From: Antedon mediterranea
Lineage: Eukaryota; Animalia; Echinodermata
Length of the DNA: 64,000 bases
Direction: 5' to 3'
Assembly: GCF_964355755.1 (NCBI RefSeq)
Contig: NC_092675.1
Location: forward strand, 17,890,912-17,954,911
The notes beneath the pieces were generated by a model, which was given only the letters and a program-made list of their open reading frames with translations, was not told the DNA's origin and ran no database searches. Of this stretch, positions 41,053-52,500 are shown piece by piece; positions within the stretch are counted from its first letter, which is position 1; every line of letters starts with the position of its first letter. Position numbers and translations under genes: made by a program.

Positions 41053-41989
41053 TTGGTATACAATGAGTCAATAACAGTGTACATGTCCGTAATTATATTA
41101 AAAGCTATATGACGGCAGTAACAGTTGTCTGTGTCTACATTTGAGTGGTCTTTTTCATTTAATATCTACATATTATTTGACTGTATAACTATAGTAAACA
41201 AAATCAAACCGATGCATTTCTTGAATTGTGAAATTCACCATTGTTTTTACAAGCACAGGAGTCCATGAGTATAAATAAATTTTGATTATTTCATTAGTAA
41301 AGTACTGTACAATCAAATTATTAATGAAGACATTTTTGTTAGTACCTTGGGATATTTGATCAGGAAACCAAATTCTATTATCCAAGTTACATTTGGTTTC
41401 CTGGTCATATTCAGCGGAGTTGCAGTAAACTTTAGTAACCATGGTATTTTGTGTCTAAATACCGATTTAAATAATGCAACATAGTTGGTTTAGATTTTTT
41501 TTTCTTTTTATTCCCAGTCATTAAGGTAGGGTTTGTGCATACACAAAAAATAACAAACCACAAATTCATCTATTTTTATATTTATTTTCAAATTAGAAAT
41601 ATATATTTGACTTTGATTTTTTTTCTCATTAATCACATCAAAATAATTTTGATAGAATGATTACATTCATTAGTTACAATATTTTACAGTACAGTATAAT
41701 GGTTGGACTTATTACCGTTTCTCACACCTAATATAAAAAAGGATTAATTTCACACGTATACAATAAGTGCTTGTATCAATACCATATGTCATTTTAGTAT
41801 TGAATTTTTCTCAACTTATACACAGTTGTGGTCAAATCATATATATAATTTATTTTGTTTATGGCCAACGTTTGTTGTGAACAATGTAAGTTAGTTTTAC
41901 ATTCATCTGAATGATTGATGAAACTAAGCCAGGACTAGGAGCCGCCATAAGAGTCAGCAGTGCTGATTTCAAATGCCTAATGGGACCCC

Positions 41990-42094
41990 AGCTACAGCAC
42001 CGAGATAGTCTCCCATCCAAGCTCTAACCAGGCCCAACATTGCTTAACTTTGATGATCTGACGAGAACCGGTGTTTCAATGTGGTAAAGCTGTA
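41990..42094 (-). pseudogene. 5S rRNA-derived sequence (5S pseudogene or SINE3 head)
   Basis: Minus strand TACCACATTGAAACACCGGTTCTCGTCAGATCATCAAAGTTAAGCAATGTTGGGCCTGGTTAGAGCTTGGATGGGAGAC...GGTGCTGTAGC resembles metazoan 5S (A box AGTTAAGC, C box TGGATGGGAGAC) with a 3' deletion; single dispersed copy. Confidence 0.85.
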
Positions 42095-42280
42095 TTATTA
42101 TTTTTTCCATATTATACAAAGGATCAAAACGTTGAGATTAAAATGAAATAGTATAAAATGACAATTACATTTAAAAGTCTGTTAGTACTGTATCAGCCAC
42201 ACACTGCAATATCAACAAATAGCAGCATTAACATTTTACTATTCTATCACTTTATTATACAGTTTTTGTCATTTCGGAAA

Positions 42281-45200
42281 CTATATTGTACTGTAGTAGG
42301 CTTCTAGATATCCTTGTACAAACTCTGCTACCATGGATCTATCTGGTATGCTTTCCGCCATGCCGTAAATTGCCGCCTGTAAAACAATAATTATAAATGT
42401 TTAAATAGTAATTAAAAATCATATGAAAAAAGGAGATAGTTGCAAGAATGTTATCCAAGGTCCTTATTGGAAGGTAAGCACATTACCATTTAGGGGCAAT
42501 ACAACAGATACTGTATGTTCATTTTTTTGTGACACATTCATCTGTCATTCCAAATTCCCTGCAATGAATACACTTTTTCCTCAGTTTCAAATTGAAAGCT
42601 TCCTATTCTTTTACTGAAGGTGTACTGTACTACTGTTTATAGAATATTTTAACAAATTGATGGACTTTTTTAAAAACCAATAGCAAAACATAATGCATAC
42701 AATTCCTTCGGCAGGTGCCTTGGGGTCCTTCATGATTTCTGCTGTACATTCCTCGAGGTCTTTTACAAATCCCTCTGCAACCCCTGGCAGTGTATGCATC
42801 TTGGTGACACAGAAATTTACCCTGTTAAAAGAACACAAAAAAAACCAAAAAGAATGAAGAAACAAACTGGATTGACATCATAATTTAGACATTTGTTAGT
42901 ATGCAGAACAAGCATTTTATATTAACCACTCGTATTGTAAATTAACTTTCATTGGTTATTCATTTTTCAATACACCAAATGTACTTCGTCATTTATCATC
43001 AGATAATTTTTATTACCTGAAAATTATTGGAAATAAAATTTCCCACTAGAAACTAAAGAATAAATCAATATACTGCTATTCAATGCACATGTAAATCTAC
43101 CCATAGTTGGGTATATGTACACATGTATTGGAGTGACTGATTCATGTGGGTATTAGGCCCATCCACTACATTTTGGTTCTACTGTACACTTCTAAGCATT
43201 ACCACAAGGCTAGAAAACTTACCCTGCTGGGTATTGTACAGTGAACATATGCCAGCCTTTCTTAGTCAATGCTGAACCTAAACGATAGATATCAAATGTA
43301 TTTGAAGATATCGAGAGAATATTCACATCTGGCTTTCCTTGCACTGTTAACCCCGGCATCTTGCGAACACTGCAATTCAAAATTAAGTTGAATTATGTTT
43401 TTGTTTAAACTTTTTATTGAATACAGTAGTACATTAAAAAAACATGCTCATGCTCTGGTGCCCCTGGGTTTAACTAGTGAGCGCTCATAGCTGTTACACA
43501 TTCTCATTGCACTTCAATTTAAGATGGTGAATGTATATGATATGCACGGCTTACCATTCTTCAACGTATTGTCTTGTTTTTATGATTTTCACTGCATTTT
43601 CTTGGTAGCCATCAAGACCAACATACATCATTGTGGCCCAGCATGTTGCAATAATAGCACCAGATCTTGTGCCTTTACAGAAAAGAAAAGTTGAATTTCA
43701 GTACACATAATAAGAAGCTTTCGATTTTTTATAAAATAAATTCAATCTAGGCCTGATACTTAGTAACATTGAAGCAGCGTATGAACAATCTAGGCCTGAT
43801 ACTTAGTAACATTGAAGCAGCATATGAACAATCTAGGCCTGATACTTAGTAACATTGAAGCAGCATATGAACAATCTAGGCCTGATACTTAGTAACATTG
43901 AAGCAGCGTATGAACAATCTAGGCCTGATACTTAGTAACATTGAAGCAGCGTATGAACAATCTAGGCCTGATACTTAGTAACATTGAAGCAGCGTATGAA
44001 CAATCTAGGCCTGATACTTAGTAACATTGAAGCAGCGTATGAACAATCTAGGCCTGATACTTAGTAACATTGAAGCAGCGTATGAACAATCTAGGCCTGA
44101 TACTTAGTAACATTGAAGCAGCATATGAACAATCTAGGCCTGATACTTAGTAACATTGAAGCAGCATATGAACAATCTAGGCCTGATACTTAGTAACATT
44201 GAAGCAGCGTATGAACAATCTAGGCCTGATACTTAGTAACATTGAAGCAGCATATGAACAATCTAGGCCTGATACTTAGTAACATTGAAGCAGCATATGA
44301 ACAATCTAGGCCTGATACTTAGTAACATTGAAGCAGCATATGAACAATCTAGGCCTGATACTTAGTAACATTGAAGCAGCGTATGAACTTACCGCCCACT
44401 GCAGGGGATGCATACACACCTCCGCACCAGTCAGTGTTGATGTAAAACTGACCCATTCGATAATCAGCATTTTTGTAAACGACAATTGAGTTTCCTTTTG
44501 GTGCTAGGCCATACTAAAACAGAAATTATTTTATTTCATTCATTATGTAACTTTACAATCTACAAATTAAAAAAACAACTCTACATTACCTTGTGAGCAT
44601 CAGCTGATATGCTTGTAACACCATCAACTGCGAAATCCATCGGAGGTAAGTCCATTCCTGCTTTCTTAGCAAATGGAATGATGAAGCCACCCATACAAGC
44701 GTCAACATGAACTGGAATGTTGTAATACTTCCCAAGCTAAGAAATTAAGCAACAAATATAGTAATGTAAAATTGAAAACTAAAATGTAAATAATACCTGT
44801 AATAATAATAATAATAATAATACCCAAATGTTCTAAACCTATTGGAATAGTTTAGCAGTAATGTTTCTCAGAAAATAAAAATGTAAGAAAATCATTAATC
44901 CTACTCCTGTCAGCTATCCAAAGTGTTACCTTAGCAACTTCTTCTACTTGTTCAATCACACCATAAGGAAATGACGGAGCAGATACCACAAGCATACAAG
45001 TGTTTTTGTTTATTTTTCGTCTCATTGCCTGAAATAAGAATAAAGTAATGCTGAATTTAGTTTAGCCTCTTTTGAGCGTACAGTATGTACAAGGTATGAA
45101 CTCTTTGTCTCTTTGGAGCGCATTTTGGATTCATTCTAAATCACAGAAAGTAATAATTTGACAGACATAGATGACCTAGAGTTGTTTTCACAGAACGAAT

Positions 45201-48200
45201 AGTCAACATAACCTCCAGTGGAGGTATTGTAGCATTTTAAAAGAAAAGTTGTGTGCCTCAATTAGGGTCATCTTTCAGTTTCTTTTTAGGGATCCTTTAA
45301 CTTTAACATTTTGAATGTTATTTTGTTAATAAATGTTTATACTTACTGGTATGTTAATCAGCTTTGTCACTGGATCTACAGGAATTTCAACATACCTCAT
45401 TTTGAAATATTTAGCAGCTTTTGCAAATGCAGCGTGACCACTGATTGGTGCTAAACTAGAATAAATACATTTTTTAAAAAGAAAATCATAGTGGTGGAAT
45501 CAACATCACTACTTTTACAAAATAGAAATTACTAGAAACAAAGTATATGAAGATATTAACATACATTTGCGGCGTTTTAATTCCATGTTTGTAGGCACGC
45601 TCCCTGTAAGCCTTGCACGCCATTAAAATGCTTTCTGTACCACCAGATGTCATCTTAAATAATATTAATCATATATCAAATAATCAATTTATTAGTATGA
45701 ATAACATATCTAAAATGCAATCATATGTTTTTATGAAATGTAGGCTTATTTTATAAATTCACAAACCGTTCCACATGCATCAGGTCCACCGTGAAAGAAA
45801 TTGCAACACATTGCTACGACCTCTGCTTCCATCTTACGAGTTCCAGGGAAAACATCAGGATGCAGCAAGTTATCGCCTACAAATATGCCATAGATCTGTC
45901 AAGAAAGGAATCTATACTTAGAGTATCTTTAACATGTACTGTATGTACTGTACACAGGACAGCATTATGTCCCATCTGAAGACCACAAGGCAATTACAGT
46001 AAAGTATCCTGCCCAAAGTTACAATCAATATAAGACAGGTTTGAATAACATAGCTTGATTCATACCATTACTCCCTGGTCTATACAGCACCTAGGCAGTC
46101 TCCAATCTAAGAACGCAACTGGGAGAAAAGCCAGATTAGGCAGTCAAAAGAAATGCTTACTCTTTCCATAAGGCTTTCATGCTCCGCCCCACAATTGTAT
46201 ACCGCACCAGACAAGCGCCCTCCCTTCCAATCAATCTTTTCTAAATATAAACACAATTTACAATGTACTGTTATTTTGAAATTATAAAAAAAATGAAGAA
46301 TTTGGTAAAGTTTAATATTTTAATGAACATAAAAATTTCCCGTACTGTATTTTCCAGAGCGGCTAACAGACGAAACCCGACTTCAACCATTCCAATAACC
46401 CTATCATCCTATGATAATTATGTGTGATTAAAAATATTTAAGTGTGTACATACCCATACTTTTATATTTAGTCTTAACTAAATTTAACAGCTCATCTTTT
46501 GGTATTCCCGTTTCAGGTAAGCGAGTGTTATAAACATCGCCATCAGGCAGAGGAAACATGTCACTTGTAATCGCTGCTTTGGTTTTTTCCAACTCTTCTT
46601 TGATCTGAATAAATTAGATGTTATCATATTGACTGTATATCTGCCACATTGGTAGAAAAAAATCTAGTCCAAATAAACAAAAATAACATACACACACATT
46701 CATATACAATAGCCAGTGGTTTATCTAAAATGTTGAAGATTGGTACTCAGATCCAAGAAATTTCAAATAGAGGTTGTGAACATTCTAAAAGCCTATAGTC
46801 TTATACCTCTTTTACACCACCGAGCTTAGAACAAACAGATAAATTTCCATTTCACACCTGATTCATTAACCCGAGAATGACATGGGTTGCATGTATTTAC
46901 AATGCAAAACACCAACCCAGCAACCTAGGTAACTTTTTACGTCTTTTACATCGGGCCTACATTTCTGCGTCCCGGTTATGACTCAGTTTACACAATTCCG
47001 GATCAACTCCGCACTTTTGCTGCCGGTGTAAAAGAGGTATATAGGTCTATAAATAACTCAATAATCAAAATAAAACTATTATTTTTGGTCAATAACAAAG
47101 ACAGTATATGACACACATAATGCACCTTGCCATTTATGCAATGAACATAAAAGATTTGTACCCAATCTACTAAATTATAATGAACCCACTTTTGTACCAA
47201 TCACTGGAAGACGCCTCAACATCCTAAAAAATGACAGTTTAAATCTTTCAAATAAACCTAGGGATAATGAAAAAATAACTCATTAAATTTAATATTATTA
47301 TAAACAATAATTAAAAATAATAATAATTAAAATAAAATGATAAATATTAGGAATAGCGGTTTTGGAATATACCATATACAGTACCGTATATCCTCGGGTG
47401 TAAACCCACTTCGGGTCTAATCCCACCCCCTTATGTCTGATTTCACAAAAAACAGGCATATACCTAGGTATAGTCCCAGTATTGACTTTGGTCTGGAGGT
47501 AGGCCTCTCTCTAGCCAGTTCAGATGAGTTTTACAAGAAATGCTTATCAATCATTTTGTTCCTGAACCATGGTTTCCCCGGGTATAGGAGTTCCACCCCA
47601 CACAGTCGGCCCAGCTTTGTGTTCTAGGGGTGGGAATATATCAGAGGATGTGCTACTCACCTAGCTCATGGAGAAACAGCTGATGGTACAACCAATTACA
47701 GATGATCATTACTCCAACAGTGACCATGATGATCTGCCAGGCCTCTCTACCTTCACATTGTGCATTAATAGCATCTCTTGTATGTTGCAGATACAACAAA
47801 CTCATTTCCTTCAAATAAAAAATAAACAAAATATTTGTGATTGAAAAGTACTACTGCATGAAAGTAAAACTGATTTCTATCAATTTCTAACAATGGCTTC
47901 CCAGACAAAATACATGAAAGGTATAGTTTTCCATAATATAAACTATTGATAATGGTCCGTTAAGAGGGTAGAATGTGTTAATGGTGATGATGAATAACTT
48001 TGGTCAATCTAAAGTGGGAAAATCGATGGTGTTTTCACAGTACTGTATTGTATTGTATTGGCCTATCCATCAAATTACAACCATTTTTCTGGTTGTTTAA
48101 ACATTGTTCCATCTAATACAATACATTAAGCTAGACTTTAAGTTGTGGAAGTAGATATAAAAGGTTATCCCCCTCCGAAAAATGTAAACACCCAGGTCTA

Positions 48201-48262
48201 TTACAACACCGCAGATTGAATCCGAAATTAACACATACCCACCACACATCCAAGTACTCCAT
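42281..48262 (-). CDS. SGPL1: Sphingosine-1-phosphate lyase paralog A (divergent), 548 aa, 15 coding exons
   Basis: Exons 48262-48239, 47808-47661, 47257-47190, 46604-46454, 46240-46161, 45895-45767, 45653-45565, 45455-45347, 45028-44930, 44736-44590, 44513-44393, 43672-43555, 43369-43223, 42821-42701, 42376-42281. All GT-AG, open frame. N-terminal [42 protein letters not shown] (PLP Lys), AIYGMA, PDRSMV. Confidence 0.95.
43743..44387. repeat. Minisatellite, 43 bp x 15, in SGPL1-A intron 11
   Basis: Unit CAATCTAGGCCTGATACTTAGTAACATTGAAGCAGC(G/A)TATGAA with a single variable position; no spacers. Confidence 0.97.
46803..47040. mobile_element. MITE (Harbinger-like) in SGPL1-A intron 3
   Basis: Inverted ends ATACCTCTTTTACACC / GGTGTAAAAGAGGTAT. 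Confidence 0.7.
47382..47655. mobile_element. Degenerate Tc1/mariner-type MITE in SGPL1-A intron 2
   Basis: TACCGTATATCCTCGGGTGTAAACCCAC left end resembles the 53413-54105 type; right end eroded. Confidence 0.5.
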
Positions 48263-48403
48263 GTTCCTTTTGTGGATTCTCTTTACAGTCTAAAGTATAT
48301 TCATGACCTTATTGAAATTTCTTCCTGTTCATAAAAGAAAATAAACATTTGACCAATCAAATCATTGTAAAACAAAAATTGTTACCAATTACCTTTGTTT
48401 TCA

Positions 48404-48945
48404 ACATGTATTGTTACTTGAAACACAAAAAATGACAGGTCAAAATATTCTAAATTTAAATTGGCCATATCAAAGTAATATTAAAGTTATTCACTTTAAG
48501 TCGAAAATTCAAGCCAAAAACAAGTTTACGTAATTATACAGGTAAATTATTTTGATTACATTTCGTCTGGAAAATCTTCATAGGCGAAAGTAAACAAAGA
48601 TTTCAAACCACAAGTATGCATTATGCATGATGCTAATTAGGATTTTTTACAACTCGTCACGGTTGAGAAAGTGTTTTCACACAGATCGCAAGGAAGTTTT
48701 ATGATTATGCATACAGAGTAGCCAAACAAGCACGTTGCATTATGAGATATGTTTTGATCGAAAACTTTGACTGGAAGTCAAATTTATTTTTTGAACAAAA
48801 AAACATCTGTATTCAGTTAAATGATTTTTTTTCCACAAATTTTTGGTGAAAGTTAATAACTATTTTGATATTTCAAAATGACCCACTTTTTTTCGAAATC
48901 TTTTTGTAAAATATTTTTTGGAATTGGTCAAAGGGAAAAACATCT
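48404..48945. mobile_element. Kolobok-like MITE between the two SGPL1 start codons
   Basis: About 370 bp closely match 54738-55103 (TTAA|AGATGTATTGTCCC); right end GGGAAAAACATCT|TTAA. Confidence 0.8.
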
Positions 48946-49580
48946 TTAAGGTTTATTTAATAATAATATGTCTACGACCATGAGGCTCAAAACAAGGTAG
49001 AAATTACGTCATTTCATATGCTATGCGATAGAGATAGGTTTTCAGCAATTGTTTGAAGATGTCAATAGAATTGGCATTCTTGATTGATTGTGGAAGAGTA
49101 TTCCATAAGGATAGAGCTGAATGACAATGAGAATGAGAAGAGAAAAAAATGTAATGTCTACATTCTTGGAATAATATTAAATAATAGTCGAGGCGAAGAT
49201 ATGGCTGAATGATGAAGATTTACAAGCCCTCTACTGTAATATTTTGATTAGTTTATTTTTTACTGTATTTACACAAAGTATATAACCGTATTATAAGGCA
49301 ATCTATAAGAAATTGAGTCCTTCTTACCCTCTGAGAGTGTTAAATCATAACAGGTAAGTGTTCTCTTTGACTCTGGTTGATTATCTGCATAATATAAGAC
49401 CAGGGGGCGTGTTTGTTATGGATGCCACCATGTGACATTTTAAAACGCCACCTACGATATATTGCGAAATTGAGAATCTCTCCAATTTTGATCTCTCTTA
49501 CTATACTGTGCGGTCGTGTGTGTGAAAAGATCTTATATAACAGTAGATTTAATATACTGAAATTGTATTTATTTATAAAA

Positions 49581-52500
49581 ATGGAGTATGATGAAGTTTT
49601 AAGAAGTCTTGGAATATATTGGGTAATATTTCGTTATGGTCTAGGGATCCTAGCCGCCTTATTATTTTTATCCTATGATTAGCTAGGGGCTATTATCAAG
49701 CCTAACTAGCTAAGCTAGCTACTACACTAGTACTAACTAGGCCTAGGCTAGTAGTAGTAGATCCGGCTGCGATAGGTTAGGCCTCCTCTACTGGTACTGT
49801 AGATAAGGTAGGCTAGCTAGCAGCAGTTCTTAGGTACTGTATATGATACCTACCTGGGCTAGGCTTAAGAAAGACTAAAAGAGAGAGAGTCCTGCTGAGA
49901 CTGAGAGGAGGAGGAGGCTATATTAATATTATTAGTTTAGGATTATTATTTTTTTAGATGGTTAGACCAGAAGAGAGAACATAAAATTGTCGCCGTGGTT
50001 AGGATTCCGGCACCGGAACTCAACTGCCCAGCGTTAGGGATTCCGACACGCTATTGCGCATGCCCAGAGCGAGGTAATCGGCGACTCTATACTTATCAAC
50101 AGCGATGGATTATTTCGCCACACGGCGAACTAGCCTAGATGCCTTCTAATATGGGATCCACTAATCTAGGCTAGGGCTACCAGTTAGACTACGTGACCAG
50201 TGGGCCTATAGTATTTATTTTGTAATTAAAAAGTGGTTGCTTCATTCATATATAAAATTCATATCATTATGAATTATATAAATACATGACTAGTTTTATG
50301 ATTTTTCATAACGCATTATACTGTACATATACAACATGCAATCACAAGTTGATTTGTTGACGGCAGCCACCGCGTGGATGTGAAAAAACTGTTCGGGAAG
50401 TCAGGGTCGCAACGCTAAAAACAGCATTACGATTCTTAGATAGATACTGATACTTATTAATATCATAATTATTTTCATAGTCATATTTTAATTATTAATT
50501 CATGTATGGCATAGGCCAAGTTTCATCCATCGCTCTCTCGCTCGCGCAACGACTATCTAGGCCAAAGATACTACAGCGCCACTACGTGGCGCTATATGAT
50601 CTTTGATCTAGGCTACAGTAAATCCCTATAACACTCCGACTCTCCGTGGTGTGGCACTATTATTAGTGCAAGCTATAATTCACTTCCCAGAGCTCTGGGC
50701 ATGCGCAATAGCGTGTCGGATTCCCTAACGGTGGGCAGTTGAGTTCCGGTGCCGGAATCCTAACCACGGCGTAAAATTGTCGCTGTGGCTAAAGATACGG
50801 TACCGTATTCTAACTTCTGTTTACTAAAGGTACGGTAAAATTGCATTACGTCATAATCAGCCAATGGGGTGCTGGTACGTGTGTAAAGTCATCATATAAG
50901 GACTTTGGATTTTTTTTCATATCGCGTCTGTACAGTAGAGAATGCCTATCGGTGGATGTGTGTGCGCAGGTTTTATTTTGGTTTGGCCTATTTAGGCCCA
51001 GGCCTATATTTTTTTATTAAATTTTGTTTACAGATGGTGACCATAAACAACAAGCAAATGCGGACAATAAAGGGGCCCTCAAATACTATGATTTAGACAG
51101 TAGCCCCAGGGCTGAGTCACAGAAATCAGCGCACACATGCAGCTAGCTGTCCCCAGCCTGGCACAGCTTTCCCTACACAAACAAACACATGAGGTTATAG
51201 TACGCAGTAAGTAGGCCTATGCCTCTTTTGAAACGGTTTTCTGTATTCTAGAATTAAAATCAACCTGTTTTGGCTTTTCAATAATAACAGACGTAGGCTA
51301 AATTTAGTTTTTGTCACACACGACGGCGATAATAGCGATAAATGAAGCATAATGAAAATGCGGTTGATCACTGTTTTCGCGATATGAAAAAAAATCCAAA
51401 GTCCTTATACGATGAAATCACACACGTACCAGCACCCCATTGGCTGGTTATGACGTAATGCAATTTTACCGTACCTTTAGCAAATGGAAGTTAGGATACG
51501 GTACCGTATCTTTAGCCACGGCGTAAAATTATAAATAATGTTAATGTATGTACTGTAAATTTGAAATTTCTTCTTTGTTGCACAATTTGATACATTTGCG
51601 CAATTTGGATTGAAACTTGGTGGGAATACTGTAAGGTTGTAATTTAATCTGCACGGCGGCCGATCACACTTTACCTTGACAACACACAGGCCTAGGTAGG
51701 CCGAGGCCTAGGCTGCAATTTAGCAAGTAAAAAGTACAGTATATGCTACTCGCTCCAACCTCAGGGGAGACACCTCTCAAACATATAATTATAATAATCA
51801 TCTATTTTTTATACCTAAAACCATGCTCTATGCCCAATTAGCTTATAACACGAGCTTTTACTCTCTATACACTATTAAATTTACTTTTTTCTGTTTCCAT
51901 ATGCGTAGGAAATTTTTCTTCTGTATTGCAATGAATTTAAAGAAAAAATAAACAGCAATTGTGAAGGACTGGAAGCTTGGCAGTTAATTGCTTTTTCAGT
52001 TGGCATTACGTTAATCGTAACATGGATTTATCAATGGCTGAATCATCCAGAACTTAGTAAGCTATTAAATACAATAATACTATTTTATAGTAAAATAAAA
52101 GAACAAATTTATATAAAGTGAAATCTGAATAAAATTTAGCAACTTGTTATAATGATATATAACCTGTACCATTGAATTCTCTATAGGATTGGTGAATTAC
52201 TAATTCAGTTTATCTTTTCCAATCTGTTGATCCATTTTAACCTTGAGACAAAAATCTATTATAACATGACAAAGTGCTATTTGAAATTAATATACAGTAT
52301 AGTTCTAATAGTCCAAGTTATGTAACTTCAAACTACTGTATATGACACGTACAATGCTTGAGTATAATCATATCCCTAATGCTAGTAATTTATATGTGGA
52401 AGTCTTGCATAGAAACCTTTGTCTAGTTGTATGTCATTATTATTGTTTGCTAATATGAAAATGTAAAAATGTGAAAACCTGGTTTTTTTCAGCTTTATCA

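Noticed and set aside
41990-42094. Functional 5S rRNA gene
   Set aside because: Isolated copy with substitutions, a 3' deletion and no oligo-T terminator.
43743-44387. CRISPR-like array
   Set aside because: Units are contiguous with no unique spacers; it lies in a eukaryotic intron with no cas genes.
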